Shown: positions 55,187 to 64,000 of the stretch, in pieces
How positions within the stretch are numbered: position 1 is the first letter of the stretch
How the letters are laid out: the number at the start of each line of letters is the position of its first letter
NCBI GenBank assembly: GCA_964016885.1
Contig: OZ024740.1
Span: forward strand, 278,442,001 to 278,506,000
Reading direction: 5' to 3'
Length of the DNA: 64,000 bases
DNA from: Eledone cirrhosa
Taxonomy: Eukaryota
Position numbers and translations under genes: made by a program
Notes under the pieces: model-generated
Databases searched by the model: none
What the model was told of the DNA's origin: nothing
The model's input: only the letters and a program-made list of their open reading frames with translations

Positions 55187-56635
55187 TGGCGGTGGATTGG
55201 CAGTATCGGTAGAGGGTCGGACGCCATGCTTTCCAGCATAGTTACGTCCCTTTACGATCTGAGTTCAAATCTCGCCGAGGTTGACTTTACCTTTCATCCT
55301 TACGGGGTCGATAAAATAAAGTACCAGTAATGCACTGAGTAATTGCTGGCCTTGTGCCTAAAGTAGAAACAATTATTATGTGGATTGGCAGTATCGGTAG
55401 AAGGTCGGACATGCTTTCCAGTATAGTTACGTCCCTTTACGATCTGAGTTCAAATCCCGCCGAGGTTAACTTTGCCTTTCATCCTTACGGGGTCGATAAA
55501 ATAAAGTACCAGTAATATACTGGGTAATTGCTGGCCTTGTGCCAAAAGTAGAAACAATTATTATTATTGTGAATTGAGGGCGGTGGATTGGCAGTATCAG
55601 TAGAGGGTCGGACGCCATGCTTTGCAGCATAGAGTTACGGCTCTTTATGATCTGAGTTCAAATCCCGCCAAGGTTAACTTTGCCTTTCATCCTTATGGGG
55701 TCGATAAAATAAAGTACCAGTCACGCACTGGGGTCAATTTAATCGACTTTCCCCTCCCCCCAAATTACTGGCCTTGTGCCTATATAAAAAAAACATTATT
55801 ATTATTGTGAATTGGCAGTATTGGTAGAGGGTCGGACGCCATGCTTTCCAGCATAGTTACGTCCCTTTATGATCTGAGTTCAAATCCCGTCGAGGTCAAC
55901 TTTGCCTTTCATCCTTACGGGGTCGATAAAATAAAGTACCAGTAATGAACTGGGTTATTGCTGGCCTTGTGCCAAAAGTAGAAACAATTATTATTATTAC
56001 CATTATTATTATTGTTGTTGTTGTTGTTGTGTATCAGGAAGCAGTCAGAAATGATTATTATTATTGTTATTGCCAACATTGAACAACATGCTTTGCAGCA
56101 TATAGTTTCAGCCATTTACATTTTGAGATCAAATTCCACTGAGGTTAGTTTTGCCTTTCATCCTTACAGGGTCAATATAATTAAGTACCAGTAACAACTT
56201 TCTCCTTCCTTTCAAATTGCTAGCCTTGTGCCTAAAATTAAAAAAATATTATTAGGGCAGGGGAAAATACTTTGTGGTAAATGTTGAAACTCTTTACATT
56301 CTGAGTTCAAATACCACATGGTCAACCTTGTCTTTGATCCTTTCAAGGGTTGATAGAGTGTAAGATAAAATGCTATTGTGGCATTTGCTCTGGTTCACTA
56401 TATCCTGCTGAAGTCAACTTCGTCTTTCATCCTTCTGAGATCTATGAAATAAAATACCAGTCACTCTTACCATATTGTTGACCATGTCCTTATATTAAAC
56501 AATTATGAGGCTTGTCGATTGGCAGTATCAATAGAGTCTTGGACAAACTGCTTTATGACATTTAATTACATTCTGAGTTCAAATCCAACTGAGGTCAACT
56601 TTACCTTTATCTGTTTGAGGTCAATAAAATGACAT
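55187..56635 (+). mobile_element. Head-to-tail array of tRNA-derived SINEs (4 young copies 55187-55995, then ~4 decayed copies)
   Basis: Repeated tggcagtat..gagttcaaatc..ctttcatccttacggggtcgataaaataaagtaccag..ggccttgtgcc units joined by ATT tails. Confidence 0.88.
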
Positions 56636-56639
56636 ACTA

Positions 56640-56693
<54 letters not shown>

Positions 56694-57315
56694 ATACATA
56701 TATTTTTATGTGTATATTTATATATATGTATATGTATATGTCTATATATATATATATGTGTGTGTGTGTATATGTGTATACAGTATGTGTATATGTATAT
56801 ATATATATGTATATGTGTATATATGTGTGTGTATATATATATATATATATAAGTATATATGTATATATGTGTGTGTGTGAATGTAGCGAAGATAATACAT
56901 CAGTAATGACGTGTTCGTCAGAATGTCGTAATGCATACAGTCAGACATACATACAGATATTATAAGGGCTCGATGGAGATCGATAAGCGGCACCTAACAC
57001 CCCTTTAACAACAGAAAATTGAAAAATAACAGCTGTAGTTAATATCTTTTGACCGCAAGGAATGTATAAATGCAAGTTTGAAGTGAATCGGAGTAGAAAT
57101 GTGGATTTGAATAGACTTTGCAAAAATGAGAACACATTTACACACACAGACAACAACAGTTTTATATATACAGATAACGTGGTCGTTAAATCTAGAGAGC
57201 AAGAAAAAAAACAACGTATTAAAGCAAGGTAAAACATTATTTGACGTCAGACTTCTGATAACGCAGAACTTGACAAATATATGTATATATATTTATCTAT
57301 CTATCTATCTATCTA

Positions 57316-57352
<37 letters not shown>

Positions 57353-57373
57353 ATCTAGCCCTCTATCTCTCTC

Positions 57374-57455
<82 letters not shown>

Positions 57456-57492
57456 TATGTATATATATATATACATATATATACATATATGC

Positions 57493-57523
<31 letters not shown>

Positions 57524-57554
57524 CATATATATATGTATATATATACATATATAG

Positions 57555-57602
<48 letters not shown>

Positions 57603-57613
57603 CTATATATATG

Positions 57614-57681
<68 letters not shown>

Positions 57682-57822
57682 CACCTATATATATGTATAT
57701 ATATATACATATATATATGTATATATTTATATATATATATATGCATATGTGTATATATAGGTATATATATATACATATATATGTATATATATATATATAT
57801 TTATATATTTATTTATTTATTT

Positions 57823-57861
<39 letters not shown>

Positions 57862-57865
57862 CATA

Positions 57866-57914
<49 letters not shown>

Positions 57915-57941
57915 ATATATATATACATATATACACACATA

Positions 57942-57987
<46 letters not shown>

Positions 57988-57988
57988 T

Positions 57989-58051
<63 letters not shown>

Positions 58052-58950
58052 TATATGATAAGTAGACATTGTGTGGAAGGTGAATAAGAAGTATGAAAAT
58101 GTATTAAGGGAATAAATGGAGCATGATTCCTGCAATCAAGTTGCTTAAATGTTCCCTGGTATTTTTTTTTTAACTCGTTTTATTTTAAATATAGTGCATA
58201 CTGTCTTTTTAAAAACCTTATCTCTCTCTCTCTCTCTCTCTCTCTCCTCCTCCTGTTATCTACAGATCGCGGTCAATATGCCTGACTGTTTCTATGTCAG
58301 AAGACGATAAAACCTCTGATACAAAAGAAAATTATTTAAATTCTTGCATCTAAGAGAATTTGAGTTTACAATCGAGCGTATTAAATTTCAAAAGGAAAAC
58401 GTAAAATAAAATAAAAACCTAGTTTTAAGGGAGAAAGGTGGTGGGCTATTGAGAACTTATAGAAGTTGATGTTGACTAGGTAGCATGTTACTACTATCTA
58501 CAGTCTAAACCAGTCATGGGCAACCCGTGGCCCCTGAAGCTTTCTGAACAGCTCGCCTAAGTCACCTAAGTGAAATCTTTCTGATTTTTTTATCCCAACT
58601 TTTCAGTTGTAATTTATCTTTCTATCATTTTTACTATCGAGGAAAACAAGGTGTACGAATCCTGAAGAAACAAATTAAAACAACCTGAGTTACTGCCCTT
58701 TTTTTAATGTGGGCACGAAATTTAAATTAGCGCCTGCGGCCTGCTTCTCGAAAACCAAAGACAAAGCGTTTAACGAGAGCGTGCGAAAGAAATACAAGCC
58801 TAGCATTAAATATATAGACAGAGCGTCAATATCAAAATTATAGGAGAAAATACAAGCAAAATAATTTTTCTGTTGAAAGGACTGTTACGTTTTTCACGCT
58901 TATTTTGATTCCTTCCTAAGTGACATTTTTTTTTTTTTTTTTTTTTGTAC

Positions 58951-59013
58951 GTTCTGAAGATGAGATCAGGCCATGATTAAGTTATGATTTTGTCCTCTGA
59001 AACAAGTGTAAAC
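58951..59013 (+). ncRNA. Hammerhead with short stem I
   Basis: gtt CTGAAGA tgag..ctct GAAA caagtg TA aac, about 65 nt upstream of (TA)n. Confidence 0.6.
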
Positions 59014-59071
59014 AAATAAACACTTTTTCACTAATTTTGGTTGTATTTTCTCCTACTAGAATTTTGATAAA

Positions 59072-59149
<78 letters not shown>

Positions 59150-59152
<3 letters not shown>

Positions 59153-61392
59153 TAATAAAAGCAATGAAATAAAAACAAAGAACAAGTTCCTTATATTAAA
59201 AAATTCATCATTTTACGATCGTTTCTAGGATGTATATGTGTGTTGGTATGTATATCATATAGATCTATGTAAAAATATTACAAATTATCACACGAAATAT
59301 ACATACCTTCACATATACATGCTGTCTTCAGAAATGATGAGAATTTTTTTATTGAAAAAAAACAACAAAGATTTAATATAAAAGGTCTGTTTGGGAACAG
59401 GTTTTGAATTGACCAATAGAAAAGTAGTTAGAGGTCAAGTTGATAGAATAGTGGTAGTACAAATTTAATTTAGGGGTAGAGGAGTGTAGACTTATGTTTC
59501 GAATGAAAAGAATTCTTTGAGTGTAAAGAATACTTTGGGGATGAAAAGAGGTCAAGCCAGTGAAGGGTACATGAAAATTTGATGTTATTAAAGAATAATG
59601 TTAAAAACGAAGGAAAATAAAATTTTAGGGTAAGGATATTAGTGAGAAATACCAATCTTATTTAAACTACAAAGAATCTAGATCTATAACAAGAAATTAA
59701 ATTAATTGATATGTATACTTATAGGGATAAATTTATATTCATTTATATGAATGTGATAAATAAGAATTAGATGTTATTAAAGAGTGTTGTTAAAAACGAA
59801 TGAAAGTAAAATTTTGGGATAAGGGTAGTAGTGAGAAATACCAATCTTATATAAACTACAAGGAATCTAAATTCATAACAGGAAATTAAATTAATTTATA
59901 GGTATTAATTTTAGGAAAAGAGAGCTGTAAAAGGGAAATAAAATTATAATGTTCTCTGTAGTAAAGTACTAATTATAGGTTAACTAAATTTTAAAAAACT
60001 AATTATAATAATATGTAAAATATAAGTGTAAGGTGTATATTAATTAGGTTTATAATATTCTATGATTGCAAGATATAATTAATTCCTGTCGCTTATTTAA
60101 TAGGATATCCTTAGATTTCATGATTTCAAAACGTTCCTGGGAGCATAACCTACCTACACTCGTATCTGTTATTTTAATAAGGGGTGGCTCTTTTGAGCAC
60201 ACTCCAGGTCGGGTTGTAATCGATATTCTTCTTTCTATAATTATTAAATGTTTCAGCCAAAGATGTTGTATTAGCTAATGCGGCATTTTTAAAACTATGT
60301 TTGTGGGTATTAAATCTTACTTTAAATAGGTTAGACGTAGCTCCTATATATGAATAAGTGGAGACCTTAGTGCTAATTTTACATTTATAGACTATGTTAT
60401 TAATGAGACAATTTCCCTTTAATGGGCAATTTCTTTTGATTCTACAGTTACAACCATTCGTGAATATTATATCAGAGGAGTTAGTCAAATTTGGTGTAGA
60501 ATTTACTCGACTTGTTATAGGTGAAGGAGATGGTGGTTTGTTGCAGTTTATTTTAGTATTATGGTTGGTTTGATATGTTGGTGGTATATTTGTGTTTTTT
60601 TTTACATTTATATGCGTTGTACGCACTTATATTTTGTTGTATATTTTTGGTAGGGGAGTAGGAAAATTTGACAGTTGATCTATTTAAAATTTGATGGTAT
60701 TTATGGTTTGGCAGGAAGTTTTTCCCTAGTAAAAAAATGTTTAGGGATATTATCTTTATTTTATAGATTAAATGGAGCATTATACCAAGTAACCCGTCTA
60801 TTACGGTTTCGATATTATTTTTTATAATTATACGATGTATCAGGATGTTTACTAAGAGAGTTACTATTAGTGAATTTATTATATATAGGTTTAGTTAGAT
60901 TAACTGATTTAGGTGTTTTAGTCTGATTACCAGGAATTTTGTTCATAATGTTGTTAACATATATTGGAGTATTAGGATGAATGATTTTTTGAAAGTCATT
61001 ATATTTTATGTGAGAAGAGGTGGAGAAATTAAGTTTTAGGTTGGTATTTTGGGGTGTAGTATGAGTGACATTTAGGTGTGGGTTTTTCATTTGGTGTTTG
61101 TTGATAATATTGGGTTGTATGTTTGAAGTATTATTGGTGCAAGGTATATAGACTAATTTGTTTTGTGGCCGCTTCTAGCTAAAGCTTCGTTATAAAAGGG
61201 CGCGTTTTTATCGAATACATCCTGGTTAGATGAAAGGTTATAGATTCTGAGTGAGATATTATATGCTAGGTTTTTAAGGATAGATCTAGGGTGATTGGAT
61301 TGTGAGTGAGTGTATGTAATGTAAATTTTGGTTAGGTTTATGGTAAAGTTGGTAGATACCCGTAGATAGGTCTAAAGTTATATCTAGGAAAT
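59150..61392 (-). mobile_element. Decayed Naiad-like PLE (RT thumb, GIY-YIG, 3' UTR)
   Basis: FLDITLDLSTGIYQLYHKPN, VTWYNAPF, FLPNHKY..ILNRSTVKFSYS, GCNCRIKRNCPLKGNCL..IVYKC..YIGATS..FKVRFNTH. Both ends lie in TA/TG repeats. Confidence 0.9.
59205..59340 (-). ncRNA. Type I hammerhead with ~100-nt stem II and intact core
   Basis: tcatcattt CTGAAGA cagcatgtatatgtg...cacatatacatccta GAAA cgatcg TA aaatgatga. Confidence 0.83.
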
Positions 61393-61397
61393 ATATA

Positions 61398-61429
<32 letters not shown>

Positions 61430-61435
61430 CAGACA

Positions 61436-61486
<51 letters not shown>

Positions 61487-61674
61487 CGAAGGAAATGTGG
61501 TAAGGACCATAACGCACCAAAGTACTCAATTCTTAGGGTAGTAGAGTGGGTAATAGGAACAAGTATGGCCCCGACGGCAGGGCTCAAGCCGTTTCGACGG
61601 CTAATTCTGAGTCCATACGGTGCTATTAAGTTAGAAAATGACTTGGGCCAATACTGGCCGAAACCTATCAAAGT

Positions 61675-61764
<90 letters not shown>

Positions 61765-61768
<4 letters not shown>

Positions 61769-62205
61769 GATCAAGGGGCACTTGGCGGCGAGAGCTTTTT
61801 GATAGATGCCGCAGCCGAGACATTGAGGTTACCACAAAGGTGATGGAACGGAATGTGGGAATTTTAAGAATCTAAGAGGCTATTATCATCAAGAGAAAAA
61901 AAGCACCGAAATAATAGATTAGAAATGCACGAAGCAAATTGACTACTATAACGGCTCTACGCATGCGTATCTCAAACACTTAGACTAGTTAGGAAAGAAA
62001 ACATCGATGGTTCGTTTTTGTCTTGAACCGTTTCTGTTTCACCTTTGAAAAGAGGGTATTAGCCCTGAAATATCATGTTGAAATATAAACATTATTTGTC
62101 ATCCTTTACCCTTTAAACATTTTGACCGCATTGTAACGTCTTTTTGAAAGCTATTAGTCTTTATGACATATCTCACAATGCTTCGTATTAGCTCTACTAC
62201 TATAC
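61765..62205 (+). mobile_element. Probable fragment of another PLE (GIY-YIG tail)
   Basis: RIKGHL...ILRI*EAIIIK resembles the RIKEH...EAI.I motif of Penelope-type endonucleases. Microsatellite flanks. Confidence 0.45.
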
Positions 62206-62210
62206 GTGTG

Positions 62211-62332
<122 letters not shown>

Positions 62333-62949
62333 GAAAAGAGAGGTTTGAAAAACAAAGCTAGTCATAGGCCATCCAGTAGTATATATACATATATACGATT
62401 GTGAATATATGTGTGTATTTACATGTTTGTGTAAATACTCATGAGAGAGGGTTACACCTACTTGAAAACTGCGATGTTTGTAGTCTCACTTTCTTTTTAT
62501 TTATTGCTAGCTAATCGGCTTCGAAAGTTTAGAGTTGTTCTTGTGATACACAAATGTTTATCACTATGAAATCTGATGTGCAGGCACAATTTACGCAATT
62601 TTGTTTTAAACGCTAACCCCACCCAGCGGAAATAATGGTACTAACACCTTGAAGCAACATACAGATGGCAGGCATTTGTTGGGGCGGTCGATGTATCACG
62701 TATGAAGATTTTTATTCAGCAATAATAAAATAACGCCATCTCTGTAGTTTTATCACTCAGGAGTAGTATTGGAAAAAACATCACAAATCTTTGGTTGCCG
62801 AAGCTGTTTCCTATGTTGAAACGTTGTCTGTGTCTGTTAGTAGCTGGAGCCTCGGTCTTGCTATATTGCTGTATGTATTTGTCATCATGAGAGCCCTTAG
62901 GAATGTATATATATATATATATATAAATAAAAATAGACAAGGGTTAAAA

Positions 62950-63053
62950 TGTCCTCTTCAGTAGTCTTCTGATTTATCGTTGGTATTTCGGCGCATTAAA
63001 GACTATATACCTAAAATCAGTGCGAGCGATAACTCAATTAAGTTATCGAGACA
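62950..63053 (-). ncRNA. Permuted, pseudoknotted hammerhead-like RNA motif (family 3), in a CT-rich element ~62925-63280 between TA tracts
   Basis: tgtct cgataact..agttatcg ctcgca ctgattt ta ggta TA tagtctt taatgcgcc GAAA tacc aacgat aaatcag aagacta CTGAAGA ggaca. Confidence 0.7.
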
Positions 63054-63403
63054 GTGGGAAAACGGGGGGAAGAAAACAAACACATGGTGGTATGCAACGA
63101 AAAGAGAGGAAAATTAGAGACAAGTCAATGAATCACGTGCGAATAAGCCCGACATATCAAATTGACGAGAAGAAATAGACACGTCCGAGCTGCGAGAAGA
63201 TTGAGAGAGGAAAGAAATTCAAGCAGGTCAGACGGGAGGAAGTGAGAGGGGGGGGAGAAGCAGAGAGGAAGCGAGTGAATATATATATATATATATATAT
63301 TATATGGATACATACACACACACACGGACACACACGTTTATATATAACATACATATATATATATATACACACACGTACACGTATATATATATATACATAT
63401 ATA

Positions 63404-63574
<171 letters not shown>

Positions 63575-63673
63575 TTAAAGGTTAAACAAGGTTCAATGAA
63601 TAAATCAAAGAATTAGTTTTACAATGACTGGATTTTAACCATCTACTATGTCAGGGTGTGTCATGCATCATCT

Positions 63674-63739
63674 TATTTTATCTGATGAGGACGTACTGTT
63701 GAAGTTAGCTCAGTACCTCTGAATATGTATAATAAAATA
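63674..63739 (+). ncRNA. Decayed minimal hammerhead (one A missing from GAAA)
   Basis: tattttat CTGATGA ggacgtactg..cagtacctct GAA tatgta TA ataaaata. Confidence 0.65.
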
Positions 63740-63780
63740 TACCTGATCACAAGAAGTTCTATTTTTGTTAATATTTTGAA

Positions 63781-63839
<59 letters not shown>

Positions 63840-64000
63840 CGTTTCTGAATTTGTTTACCAAGATTCTTTATCTGAAATCGTGTGTTGAAACCGATATTGT
63901 TATACTTTGGGAGGGTCATGTTGCCAATAAAAAACACATGCAGCAGTTGCTTTCACTTCAATTTATTATAATAAATTTATAATAAATTTATAAATTTATA

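Noticed and set aside
55187-55995. CRISPR-like array or tRNA gene cluster
   Set aside because: The units are ~190-bp SINEs with A/B boxes, no cloverleaf, and no unique spacers or cas genes.
62030-62090. Hammerhead-like TTGAAAA..agggt/gccct..GAAA
   Set aside because: Stem III and the cleavage triplet do not fit the register.

Overview
AT-rich, microsatellite-saturated animal DNA. The SINEs and (TA)n/(CA)n/(TACA)n density resemble octopus/coleoid genomes, but that is inference. No convincing host protein-coding gene was found; nearly all long ORFs in the track are microsatellite artefacts. The real content is transposable elements: (1) a 5'-truncated Naiad-like Penelope-like element (PLE) with an uninterrupted RT + GIY-YIG frame (25762-27603) plus many PLE fragments, several in inverted or palindromic form, all in (TA)n tracts; (2) a decayed Tx1/L1-type LINE; (3) R4/Dong-like LINE pieces at (TACA)n; (4) a Buster/Charlie-type hAT transposon with TIRs and an 8-bp TSD; (5) four non-autonomous Helitrons; (6) MITEs and many tRNA-derived SINEs. 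By eye I count about 23 canonical type I hammerhead ribozyme (HHR) motifs, intact or decayed, including a compensatory U3-A8 core variant. The main finding is an RNA motif present four times in three diverged repeat families (10131-10240 +, 50408-50514 +, 51134-51240 +, 62950-63053 -). It holds all hammerhead core elements (NUH, GAAA, CUGANGA) in the reversed order UH, GAAA, CUGANGA, which is not a circular permutation of types I/II/III. Its helices covary and its spacing is fixed, so it is a candidate pseudoknotted hammerhead-like ribozyme. Activity and novelty are untested.
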